A stretch of 46,869 nt of DNA from Candidatus Moraniibacteriota bacterium (lineage in GTDB: Bacteria > Patescibacteriota > Minisyncoccia > Moranbacterales > UBA1568), in assembly GCA_037139695.1 (NCBI GenBank), contig JBAXFX010000002.1, positions 1-46,869 of the forward strand. Reading direction: 5' to 3'. Both the position numbers and the translations under genes were made by a program. This document shows positions 16,206 through 24,557 of this stretch, piece after piece; the first letter of the stretch is position 1; each line of letters starts with the position of its first letter. The notes under the pieces were generated by a model. That model was given only the letters and a program-made list of their open reading frames with translations. It searched no databases and was not told the origin of the DNA.

Positions 16206-17615
16206 ATGGCACTCATGGTCAGCGTCTCGGGCATCCGAGGCATCGTCGGGGAGGATCTTACGCCGGGCAATCTCGTCTCGTATGCGGCCGCCTTCGCCGA
16301 GTGGGTGCGCAAGGGATATGCCGGAGGAGGGAAGCCGAAGATCGTCATCGGCCGCGACACGCGGCCGTCGGGCGGTCCGATCGGAACGCTTCTGGCGCAG
16401 GCGCTCGCCCTCTCGGGCATCGATGTGATCGATCTCGGCATCGCCACGACCCCGACGGTCGAGCTTGCCGTTACGGAAGCCGGCGCGAATGCCGGTATCA
16501 TCGTGACCGCGTCACACAATCCTTTGCAGTGGAATGCGCTCAAACTCCTCAATGCCCGTGGGGAATTCCTCAATCCGGACGAGCTCGCGTCTTTCCTCGC
16601 GATTATGGAGTCCGCCGCGTTCGTCCCGGCACGATTCGACGGCATCGGATCGGTCGCGGAAGACAGGACCGCCGATGAGATGCATATCGGCAAGATTCTC
16701 GCGCTCCCGTTCGTCGATACGGAAGCGGTCGCGAGACAGGGATTCCGGGTGCTCGTGGATGCGGTCGAAGGGGCGGGATCGGTCATCATTCCCGAGCTCT
16801 GTCGGCGGCTCGGTATCACGGATATAGTGACGCTCGATTGCGGCGGGACGGGACTGTTCCCTCGGAACCCCGAACCGATCATCGATAACCTTGGAAAGAC
16901 GATGGACCGGGTCCGGGAAGCGGAGTGTGATTTCGGCATCATCGTTGATCCTGATGTGGACCGACTCGCGCTCGTCAATGAGGACGGAACGCTCTTCGGC
17001 GAGGAATATACCTTGGTTTCCTGCGCGGATTTCTTTCTGAAAAAGAATCCCGGCACGGCCGTGAACAATCTCTCAAGCAGTCGCGCGCTGCGCGATGTGG
17101 CGGAAAAGTACGGACAAAAGTGCGTGAGCGCCAAGGTCGGCGAGGCGAATGTCGTTGCGGTGATGAAGGAAGAACGGGCTACGATTGGCGGAGAGGGAAA
17201 TGGGGGAATCATCCTGCCGGCGCTTCACTACGGTCGCGATGCGCTCGTCGGTGTCGCGTTGTTTACTTCCGCGTTTGCCACGTGGCGCGACGGACGTGCC
17301 GATGGCGAGGAGAAGACTCTCTCCGCGTTCCGAAAGACCCTGCCGGAATATTTCATGGCCAAGAACCGGCTCGAGGTATCGATACCGAAGGAAAAGCTGT
17401 CCGAATTATTTTCGAAAATTTCGACGGCACATCCCGATGCGGTTGCCGATGTGCGCGACGGTCTCAAACTCGATTTCCCGGAATACTGGGTTCATTTGCG
17501 CGCCTCGAATACCGAGCCGATCATCCGCATCTATACCGAGGCAAAGTCCGCCGAAGAGGCGGAACGGGTTGCCGAGGAATTTATGAACGAGATATCGGTC
17601 CTGTCGGCCACGTGA
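16206..17615 (+). CDS. alpha-D-phosphohexomutase (phosphoglucosamine mutase / phosphomannomutase family)
   Basis: TASHNP phosphoserine loop, DPDVDR metal loop and GGEGNGG sugar-binding loop. Confidence 0.85.
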   Translation: MALMVSVSGIRGIVGEDLTPGNLVSYAAAFAEWVRKGYAGGGKPKIVIGRDTRPSGGPIGTLLAQALALSGIDVIDLGIATTPTVELAVTEAGANAGIIVTASHNPLQWNALKLLNARGEFLNPDELASFLAIMESAAFVPARFDGIGSVAEDRTADEMHIGKILALPFVDTEAVARQGFRVLVDAVEGAGSVIIPELCRRLGITDIVTLDCGGTGLFPRNPEPIIDNLGKTMDRVREAECDFGIIVDPDVDRLALVNEDGTLFGEEYTLVSCADFFLKKNPGTAVNNLSSSRALRDVAEKYGQKCVSAKVGEANVVAVMKEERATIGGEGNGGIILPALHYGRDALVGVALFTSAFATWRDGRADGEEKTLSAFRKTLPEYFMAKNRLEVSIPKEKLSELFSKISTAHPDAVADVRDGLKLDFPEYWVHLRASNTEPIIRIYTEAKSAEEAERVAEEFMNEISVLSAT

Positions 17616-17796
17616 GATCCCTTTGGTAACGGTTCAAAATCGCGGTAAACGGATATGGATGAAGGGCGGGCGGACCAGACCCTTGTTTTTTGGTACGGAT
17701 CGTGGTACAAGGAAAGAGCTTGAATCCGAATCATTCGAAATACTCTGAAGGAAATAACGAAGCATCTCAAAACGACCTATCGAAGAGGAGGAACCA

Positions 17797-17934
17797 ATGA
17801 TCACCTTTAACAACCGTCCGAGCGTCTGGACCTGTGTGAAAAGGATAGTCTGGGAAACGGTTTGCGAATATTTTTCATCCCTTACCGGATGGGAAAGACC
17901 GGGGGTCGGATATGTGAAGAAAAGGCTTCCATGA
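17797..17934 (+). CDS. candidate small protein (45 aa, Trp/Cys-containing)
   Basis: GAGGAGG lies 6-7 nt upstream of the ATG. The product is MITFNNRPSVWTCVKRIVWETVCEYFSSLTGWERPGVGYVKKRLP. A terminator follows at 17951-17980. Confidence 0.4.
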   Translation: MITFNNRPSVWTCVKRIVWETVCEYFSSLTGWERPGVGYVKKRLP

Positions 17935-17950
17935 AGCGGACCTTACGATA

Positions 17951-17980
17951 AAAAAGGACATGTAACGGCATGTCCTTTTT
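17951..17980. terminator. bidirectional intrinsic terminator
   Basis: AAAAAGGACATG-TAACGG-CATGTCCTTTTT lies between convergent genes. Confidence 0.7.
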
Positions 17981-18027
17981 CATATGAGTCGAGGAAGGGA
18001 GGAATAGTGACTATATTGTTGGAATTA

Positions 18028-18309
18028 TCACTTGCTCTGGGCGGTCTTGACGATGCGGACCAGCTCGGCACGGAGCGCGTCGGCCTTCGCCGTCCCACCG
18101 AGCTCACGGGCGATGTGCCGGTCGAGCATGAGGAGATTCGCCGACTTAAGGAGACCGATGACCGCGAGCACCTGTTGGATGACGGGGAAACAGTCCGGTT
18201 CCCTTTCCATCATAGTCTCGATCTTCCCGAGGCTCGTCTTGGCCTTCCGGATGGCGATGAGGACCTTTTCCTTCTCCGGTCCGGAGGCTGTCTTTTCCAC
18301 ATTCTTCAT
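18028..18309 (-). CDS. CsoR/RcnR/FrmR-family (DUF156) metal- or stress-sensing repressor
   Basis: The 93-aa helical protein has the pattern SLGKIETMMERE.DCFPVIQQVLAVIGLLKSANLLMLDRHI. Cys and His sit at the sensor positions, and the second Cys position appears to be Glu. Confidence 0.7.
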   Translation of the reverse strand: MKNVEKTASGPEKEKVLIAIRKAKTSLGKIETMMEREPDCFPVIQQVLAVIGLLKSANLLMLDRHIARELGGTAKADALRAELVRIVKTAQSK

Positions 18310-18361
18310 ACGATTCGTTGTGACAGATGAACGGTCGTCGACGGTGGTTGAACGTCCGGGC

Positions 18362-18550
18362 CTATTCGAAAGAGAGGCACTTGTACGGGCACGATATCAC
18401 GCATCGGCCGCAGGCAAGGCACTTCTCATGGTCGATCGTCGGAGCGGAGAAGCCGTTCTGACCGATGGCGCCGGCCGGACAGATCCGAATCAGCGGACAG
18501 GCGTGGTCCTGCGGACATCTCGATGCATCGACCTTTACGGCGCTACTCAT
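18362..18550 (-). CDS. 4Fe-4S dicluster ferredoxin-like protein
   Basis: MSSAVKVDASRCPQDHACPLIRICPAGAI...HEKCLACGRCVISCP carries two Cys clusters. The start is taken at ATG 18550 rather than TTG 18598. Confidence 0.7.
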   Translation of the reverse strand: MSSAVKVDASRCPQDHACPLIRICPAGAIGQNGFSAPTIDHEKCLACGRCVISCPYKCLSFE

Positions 18551-18573
18551 ACTCGATAGTTCAATCTTATTAT

Positions 18574-18590
18574 CTATACCTGTGGTATAG
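18574..18590. promoter_or_regulatory. operator-like dyad CTATACC-TGT-GGTATAG
   Basis: Perfect 7-bp arms sit just downstream of the -10 of the ferredoxin/csoR-like operon promoter. Confidence 0.5.
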
Positions 18591-18594
18591 GTAC

Positions 18595-18623
18595 ACAATA
18601 GTAGACAGAAAACCGACTGTCAA
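18595..18623 (-). promoter_or_regulatory. sigma70-like promoter of the ferredoxin / CsoR-like operon
   Basis: On the minus strand: TTGACA (18618-18623), a 17-nt spacer and TATTGT (18595-18600). Confidence 0.55.
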
Positions 18624-18728
18624 GCCAACGGCAACCTGTCGGGCCCAGGCTCCATCGGTCGGTTGTTTTTTATAGCAGGACTCATGTCCGATTTCTCATG
18701 CCGACGCAACTAAAAAACATCATCCGTT

Positions 18729-18762
18729 CCGTACTACGATATAACGTTATATCGTAGTACGG
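18729..18762. repeat. 34-bp perfect palindrome
   Basis: CCGTACTACGATATAACGTTATATCGTAGTACGG has 17+17 arms with no mismatch. Confidence 0.9.
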
Positions 18763-19082
18763 GGCGAGGAGGAGGAAAGTTGGAAAATTGAAAAATATGC
18801 GGATTTGCTGGAATATTTGAAGAAAGAAGTAACATAATAATGCGGTCGTCAGATTATGTTACTTGGGAGATGAATGGGATATATGTTTTTACGGTTATGT
18901 GCCAATACGCATCCCAGGGTAACTTGTGAGGAATCCTTTCAGGTTCAAGCGGTATCATTGGGTTCAAGCGGTATCGTTGCGGAATCCACATTGAAAGCGG
19001 TTGATGCAAAAAATACACATACTGGCGGGCACAGAAGGAGGCCTGGTACATTATTCCGTTTACGGGCTCGTGAAAAAGTGGG

Positions 19083-20543
19083 CTATTTCAGGTGGTCGCG
19101 GAGGTCGATGACCTCGTCTATGCGGATGCGGGCGACGAAGTCGGGGACGTGCGAGACGAAGATCATCGCGCCCTTATAGGCGTCGAGCGCGTCGGCGATG
19201 ACGGGGATATGGCGGAAATTGATGTGGTTCGTCGGCTCATCGAGGATGAGCAGGTTCGGCCGGCGCAAGAAAAGCTGCGCGAACATGAGGAGGCCCTTCT
19301 GGCCCTCGGAGAGCGTCGCGACCGGCTGGCGCAACAGTTCGGCGGGGATGAGGAACCGCGCGGCGGCCTTGTAGATGTCCTCGTGTGTGCCGATATCCAT
19401 CGCGGATTCAAGCTCGTCGAATGCGGTCTTGTCGAAGTCGAGCGTCGAGAAGTCCTGCCGGTAGTAGCCGACGACCGTACCGGGCGCGATCTCGACGAGC
19501 CCGTCGTTTCCCGAGACGATGGTCTCGAGGAGTGTGCTCTTACCGATACCGTTTGGTCCCGCGATGAGGAGGTGCGTATCCTTCTTGAGGGTGAGGTTGA
19601 TCGGCGAGACCTTCGGCCCGTCGGGTGTCATGACGGAGACGGATTTGATGGTGATGATCGGCCCGACCGAATCGGTCGCGGGAATTTCGAACGAGGAAAG
19701 AGTGAGGTCCTCGCGACGGACGTCTACCTTGTTGTCCTCGAGGTCCTGCGCCATGTCGCGCATGCGCTTGGCCACGGAACGGAGCTTACCACCCTTGTTC
19801 GCGAAGACGTTCGCCTGGTCCTTCTTCTCCCGGATGGTCTGTTCGAGGCGGGCGTTCTCGCGCTGTTCCTTGGCGATACGGCGACCGATCTCTTCGACGA
19901 CATCGTAGTACGTGCCGGAATACTGCTCGATCTTGTGCGTGTGGATATCGAGGTAGAGGACGCCGTCTGTGAACGAGTTCAGGAAGTCGGCATCGTGCGA
20001 GATGACGATGAGCGTCTTGTGATAGGCCGACAGGAACGCGGTCAGGTGGGCGATACCCTCGTCGTCGAGGTTGTTCGTCGGCTCGTCGAGCAGCAAGACG
20101 TCCGGATCCTTGATGAGTGCCGAGGCAAGGAGTAGACGCGCCTGCTGGCCGCCGGAGAATTCGCGGAGCTTGCGGTCGAGGCGCGGGACCGGAAGGTTCA
20201 CTACGTCGAGGACCTCCTTGATCTTCACGGGAAGTTCCCACTCCTTGCCGGGAAACCCGTCGGCGAAGAATTCCTCGATCGATTCGTTCAGTCGTTCGCG
20301 GGGAATGACCTGCCGACCGATGGCGACCGTCGAGTTCGAATCGAGGGAAATACGTCCGCTCTCGGGCTTCTGTTCGCTCATGATGAGGCTGAAGAGGGAA
20401 CTCTTTCCAGCACCGTTCTGGCCCATCAGGGCGATTTTTGTGCCACCGCGAACGGAAAAATTCACCGCGTCGAGGACGGCTTTCTTGTGTCGGTATTCGA
20501 ACGATACCTCGCTGAAACGGAGGACGATATTGTCTTTGGCCAT
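19083..20543 (-). CDS. ABC-F family ATPase (two ABC cassettes, no TM domain)
   Basis: Cassette 1 has GQNGAGKSS, LSGGQQARL and LLLDEPTNNLD. Cassette 2 has GPNGIGKST, LSEGQKGLL and LILDEPTNHIN. The start is at ATG 20543 (MAKDNIVLRF). Confidence 0.85.
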   Translation of the reverse strand: MAKDNIVLRFSEVSFEYRHKKAVLDAVNFSVRGGTKIALMGQNGAGKSSLFSLIMSEQKPESGRISLDSNSTVAIGRQVIPRERLNESIEEFFADGFPGKEWELPVKIKEVLDVVNLPVPRLDRKLREFSGGQQARLLLASALIKDPDVLLLDEPTNNLDDEGIAHLTAFLSAYHKTLIVISHDADFLNSFTDGVLYLDIHTHKIEQYSGTYYDVVEEIGRRIAKEQRENARLEQTIREKKDQANVFANKGGKLRSVAKRMRDMAQDLEDNKVDVRREDLTLSSFEIPATDSVGPIITIKSVSVMTPDGPKVSPINLTLKKDTHLLIAGPNGIGKSTLLETIVSGNDGLVEIAPGTVVGYYRQDFSTLDFDKTAFDELESAMDIGTHEDIYKAAARFLIPAELLRQPVATLSEGQKGLLMFAQLFLRRPNLLILDEPTNHINFRHIPVIADALDAYKGAMIFVSHVPDFVARIRIDEVIDLRDHLK

Positions 20544-20733
20544 GACGTACAAAAAATACCGTTCTGATGTCGAATACGGCTTCGTAGCCAGTATAGGCCA
20601 AAAGAGGGGATTTGTCGAGGAACTAAGAAAAATGAAAACATGCGCGCACGCGGAGCGTACCACCGGTGAACCGCATAATACGCGTTCTTTGTTTTGAGTG
20701 TGATGCTCGTAAATTTAACATGAGAGGTATTCG

Positions 20734-21183
20734 ATGAACAACGTTAAGAAGACGATTATTCTTATCGTTCTCTCCCTATCGGCCTGCGTCGGTACGGGGA
20801 GCTCCACGCAGACATCCGTCAAGACGGCCGACCCTTCGTCCGTTCAGGAACACGTCCCCCAACCGGTGGGACGGGACAGTCTGCACATACGACAAGACGA
20901 CCTACGAACACGACGCGATTTCAGTATCGTGTCGGATATTCCGAAGGGTTCCGTATCGATTCGCTGCAAGGGCGAGTTTTGGCTGAGTATCGTTCCAGCC
21001 GAAGTACGGGACACGAAGGCTTATATGAAAAAACATATCGATGCCTATATCGGTTCGGTGACACGCCGACTTCCGAAATCGGAAAGCGCACGATATACCG
21101 TCATCGTTATTATCCTTAACCCGGCTACCAATCGTTGGGAGCCTCTCTATTCCGAACAAATCGGGAACCCGGTGAGTCAGTAG
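20734..21183 (+). CDS. lipoprotein, hypothetical
   Basis: Signal peptide with lipobox LSLSAC. Confidence 0.6.
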   Translation: MNNVKKTIILIVLSLSACVGTGSSTQTSVKTADPSSVQEHVPQPVGRDSLHIRQDDLRTRRDFSIVSDIPKGSVSIRCKGEFWLSIVPAEVRDTKAYMKKHIDAYIGSVTRRLPKSESARYTVIVIILNPATNRWEPLYSEQIGNPVSQ

Positions 21184-21208
21184 CCTTGCTGTCCGCCACA
21201 AAAAACAA

Positions 21209-21249
21209 GCCGTCACTTCCACAGGGAGAGTGACGGCCTTTTCTTTTCC
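21209..21249. terminator. bidirectional intrinsic terminator between convergent genes
   Basis: GCCGTCACT (21209-21217) pairs with AGTGACGGC (21229-21237) and is followed by CTTTTCTTTTCC; an A-run precedes the stem. Confidence 0.7.
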
Positions 21250-21266
21250 AGAAAACCGACTTAACG

Positions 21267-22046
21267 TTATTTCAGTCCGAGCGAGGAAAGAAATTCCTCC
21301 TTCTCCTTGCCGGAAATGTTGCGGGAGGCGCCCGGCGCGAGCGTGCCGAGGGTGACGTTCATGATGCGGACACGCTTGAGGGCGATGACCGTTCCGCCGA
21401 CCGCGGAGAACATGCGGCGGATCTGGTGCTTGCGTCCCTCGGTGATGGTCATGGAAATCGTGTTCGGACCCTTCTTGACGATCGTGCAGGGCTTGGTCGG
21501 CCCATCCTCGATGACAATGCCGCGCTCCATCGCCTCGATCATGTCGTTGCGCAGGCGCTCCTGCACCGTGACCAGGTATTCTTTCTGGTGGTCGTATCGG
21601 GGCGAGAGCAACCGTTCGGTGATGCGACCGTCGTCGGTCAGGATGATGAGCCCCTCCGACTCCTTGTCGAGCCGGCCGATGGGGTAGACGCCGGGCGTCG
21701 GCATCACGTCCGCAATCGCCTTCCCGCCACGTTCCTTTTCGGAATGAGTGAGGATGCCCCGCTTCTTGTGATAGGCGATATAGCGGAAGGTTTTCGGCTT
21801 CTGCCCCTTCACGACGACCTCGTCGCCCTGGAGGACCCGGTCGGTCAGGACGGCAACGCGGTTGTTGATGGTCACCTTGCCCTTGACGATGAGTTCCTCG
21901 GCGCCACGACGCGTTGCGATGCCTGTCAGCGCGAGGTACCGGTTGATGCGCACGGGGTAGGGGATATCGTCCTTCTTTTTTTGTGGGAAGGTCTTGACGG
22001 GGGAAGATGGGATAGGCATGACGGTATGAGCGAGGAGTGCCCTCAC
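21267..22046 (-). CDS. RsuA/RluB-family pseudouridine synthase with S4 domain
   Basis: S4 domain is RINRYLALTGIATRRGAEELIVKGKVTINN. The catalytic motif is GRLDKESEGLIILTDDG. Confidence 0.85.
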   Translation of the reverse strand: MRALLAHTVMPIPSSPVKTFPQKKKDDIPYPVRINRYLALTGIATRRGAEELIVKGKVTINNRVAVLTDRVLQGDEVVVKGQKPKTFRYIAYHKKRGILTHSEKERGGKAIADVMPTPGVYPIGRLDKESEGLIILTDDGRITERLLSPRYDHQKEYLVTVQERLRNDMIEAMERGIVIEDGPTKPCTIVKKGPNTISMTITEGRKHQIRRMFSAVGGTVIALKRVRIMNVTLGTLAPGASRNISGKEKEEFLSSLGLK

Positions 22047-22088
22047 TGTATATGATGAATATTTCCGGCGAGTTCTTTCGGTGGGCGC

Positions 22089-23252
22089 CTACGATATGAC
22101 GCTGTCGTCGAACTCTTCGATATCGCGCGTCTTCTTGATCGTGAGCGACACGGATTCCTTGTCGGGAAGCTTCGCGGCCTCGACCGCTTTTCGTGCCGGG
22201 ACGGGGAGTATGGGGAGAATCCCCCGAAGCGCCGTCCCATCAATCTTCCGTATTTCATCCCATTTGTCAAGGGGGGTGAGGATCTCACGGAGCTTGTCCT
22301 CGTCGTATTTCCATGTCCGACGGACCGATTTCCCGACGATGCCGGAGGAACCGAAGACACGGTCCACCGCCTTTTCCTCCATGTAGTGCAGGAGCGTTTC
22401 CTGAAGTCCGGCAAAGCGGGCCTTGTCGCTCTTCATCCTGTCCCGGAGTGCGAGGATCTCCTCGATCGAAGCCTGCGCTGTCTCGTCCTCGACCGCTTTT
22501 TCCTCGAGGAATTTGTGCTTCCAGAAGGGGCAGAGCCGTTGGTACCCACAGTAATCGCACAGCGGCGTGAGGATAGGTTCGAATTCTCCGGCATCGATAT
22601 GGGCGATAGTCTCGAGAAACTGTGAATCGAGGGCGTCGAGCTGCTCACGGGTGCGCGTCGAGGAAAGTTTCACGCCATGACGGAGGTAGTACAGACTGAC
22701 GGTGATCCGGTCGAGGTGTTCCGTCTCCTTCGGGTAGCGGCCAAGGAACGCCCGGAGGTAGATCGAGAGCTGGAGATCGTTATCGACCTTCTCCTGTGAG
22801 GGCATCTTGCGCGCGGTCTTGTAGTCGATGATTTCGAAGCCGTCCGGCGTCGCGTCGATGCGGTCGATCGTGCCGGCGATGATATGTCGGCCCGTCTCCT
22901 CGTTTCCGATTTCGAGGGCGAAGCGACTTTCGAGGTCGACGATGGTGAAGTCATTCGGATCGTTTTTGTGGTAATAGTCCGAGATGATTTTCACGCCCTG
23001 TGAAAACGCGGTGCGCTCCGTGACCTCGTCGTCGTAGAGGTCGCTGTTCCAGATCTGGGAGAACTGATTGAGCGCCGCATCGAGCGAGGGTTGCGTGGGT
23101 CCCGGCGTATGAATATAGCGGAGAACGGAGTGGATAATCGTCCCGAAGACCTGTTCTTTGGACTTCGGTTCCTTTATCCGGTCGACATACTGGAACCGGT
23201 ATTTGAGCGGACAATTTTTGTAGGCCTCGAGGCCGGAGTAAGAGATACGCAT
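22089..23252 (-). CDS. PD-(D/E)XK nuclease with Cas4/AddB-like Cys cluster
   Basis: N-terminus is MRISYSGLEAYKNCPLKYRFQYVD. The core is GTIDRID...FEIIDYKT. The C-terminal Cys triad is CDYCGYQRLC, followed by an extra domain of about 130 aa. Confidence 0.75.
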   Translation of the reverse strand: MRISYSGLEAYKNCPLKYRFQYVDRIKEPKSKEQVFGTIIHSVLRYIHTPGPTQPSLDAALNQFSQIWNSDLYDDEVTERTAFSQGVKIISDYYHKNDPNDFTIVDLESRFALEIGNEETGRHIIAGTIDRIDATPDGFEIIDYKTARKMPSQEKVDNDLQLSIYLRAFLGRYPKETEHLDRITVSLYYLRHGVKLSSTRTREQLDALDSQFLETIAHIDAGEFEPILTPLCDYCGYQRLCPFWKHKFLEEKAVEDETAQASIEEILALRDRMKSDKARFAGLQETLLHYMEEKAVDRVFGSSGIVGKSVRRTWKYDEDKLREILTPLDKWDEIRKIDGTALRGILPILPVPARKAVEAAKLPDKESVSLTIKKTRDIEEFDDSVIS

Positions 23253-23408
23253 AGGAAGGAGTTTAACAATCGACCCGCTGCGCTTCCGTCTTACGGAGTG
23301 AGCGGACCCCGCTCGCCAAGACGAACGGACAGGAGACCGGATAATAATGAATCAGCCGTATTCTCATTTCCTATTGTAGCAGAAAATGCCGCTCACATGA
23401 GTTTGACA

Positions 23409-23417
23409 TGATATAGT
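23409..23417 (+). promoter_or_regulatory. extended -10 promoter-like element (copy 1 of 16-mer GACATGATATAGTAAA)
   Basis: TGATATAGT fits TGnTATAAT, with TTGACA immediately 5'. The 16-mer at 23405-23420 repeats at 23660-23675. Confidence 0.35.
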
Positions 23418-23663
23418 AAACGTGTCTTTATATTGATTTCTTGATTTCAGCGGGGGAGGGAGTGTATTTGAAAAGCGATGGCAGAGGGCGAGGCATCGGC
23501 ATGTCAGTCTTGGTGATCGGAGGAAAGATCGTCCTGGGCATAGATTCTTCATCGGGGAGCGACCGTCATCGTGTGTTTATTTTTCAAAACGGTTATTTAT
23601 ATTTTGCTTTTTATAAGCCTCTTTTGTATTTATAATATGTCGCATTATGTAACTTATGCGACA

Positions 23664-23672
23664 TGATATAGT
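23664..23672 (+). promoter_or_regulatory. extended -10 promoter-like element (copy 2)
   Basis: Same TGATATAGT. It overlaps the 3' arm of hairpin ATGTCGCAT (23637-23645) / ATGCGACAT (23656-23664). Confidence 0.35.
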
Positions 23673-24001
23673 AAAAAGAATCATAAACAAGATATCACGA
23701 AGTGACACCGGGGTTCCCGCACAAACGCTCCTGTCTGATTTTCCATTATCCTTATAGAAGAGACTATGTTTATCATCCTTATTCGGTTCATATTACCCCG
23801 CATCCGGCTCCGTATGCGATGTCGTTATCATTCATCACGACGGGTATTCGATGTGGAATACGAAGGTGATTCGGATCAGTCGGCCTCTGCGGCGTGTACC
23901 GGTCGCTCGACATAGTGTTGATCCGACATTTCTTATCGAATGTTCCATCACGCCAGGAACACACTTCTCCACAATGCGCGAGGACCGTTTGTGCTGGCCA
24001 A

Positions 24002-24504
24002 GGTGGTACCTGATGTACCCTGGATATGGTTGGTGTTTTAAAATTTCGTAATCCTAAAAGACGACCAGTCGGCATGAATCGATAATGAGGACGAAGTGAG
24101 TGGCATGCGGTGGTACCTGATGTACCCCCTTCGGGGTCGAATTTCTGATTTCGTAAAGCAGACAATGAGTATCCCCTTCCATTTTTCAAAAAATATTCGC
24201 ACGGGATACATGGGCCGGAATTTTTCGGCGGACCGTTCATGGATGCGTGATATTCGGGAAAGGACGCCGAACTTTCTCGAAATGAACGTCCTATGGTGGT
24301 ACCTGATGTACCCTTTATACGGTCGAATCTTTGATCTTTCAAAACGGACATGGAACATCTCATCCGTTTTACACCTCATGCCCTCCCCTCCTGTTTTTGA
24401 AAAGCGGCAAGGGGAGTGCGTCGTATTCTAAAATCATGAAACGGACAGTTTCCGGTGGTACCTGATGTACCCCTATGATATCGGATTTCTGATTTCTTCT
24501 TTTA
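24002..24504 (+). repeat. four-copy diverged tandem array with invariant 19-mer GGTGGTACCTGATGTACCC
   Basis: The 19-mer starts at 24002, 24109, 24295 and 24454 on the same strand, spaced 107, 186 and 159 nt. Each copy is followed by a variable 9-nt segment and a T-rich block (consensus TCGAATTTCTGATTTC). Distal parts of the units are also recognisably homologous. Confidence 0.85.
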
Positions 24505-24557
24505 AAGACAGACCGATGTCCGGCTTTTCGGACATTCGTATCGGATGCGTCGATCAT

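Noticed and set aside
16190-17212. Long antisense ORFs are listed in the track opposite real genes. Examples are 16190..17212, 19092..20135, 19786..20601, 40247..41359, 44134..45249 and 45876..46595.
   Set aside because: They lie opposite genes with clear family motifs, have Arg/Ser/Pro-rich low-complexity translations typical of GC-rich antisense frames, and lack an RBS.
24002-24472. The GGTGGTACC core resembles the T-box riboswitch consensus (GGGTGGTACCGCG).
   Set aside because: Units of 107-186 nt are too short for T-box leaders. The sequence after GGTACC differs from the consensus. There are no specifier or stem I features and no downstream aminoacyl-tRNA synthetase or amino acid genes. 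All four copies sit in a gene-free gap.
24002-24504. The four-repeat array might be a CRISPR array, with the neighbouring Cas4-like PD-(D/E)XK nuclease (22089..23252) as a cas gene.
   Set aside because: Repeat spacing is irregular (107, 186 and 159 nt). The intervening segments are themselves homologous between units and so are not unique spacers. Only the first 19 nt are conserved. No other cas genes are present. The nuclease is a 387-aa RecB/AddB-type protein common as a standalone gene.
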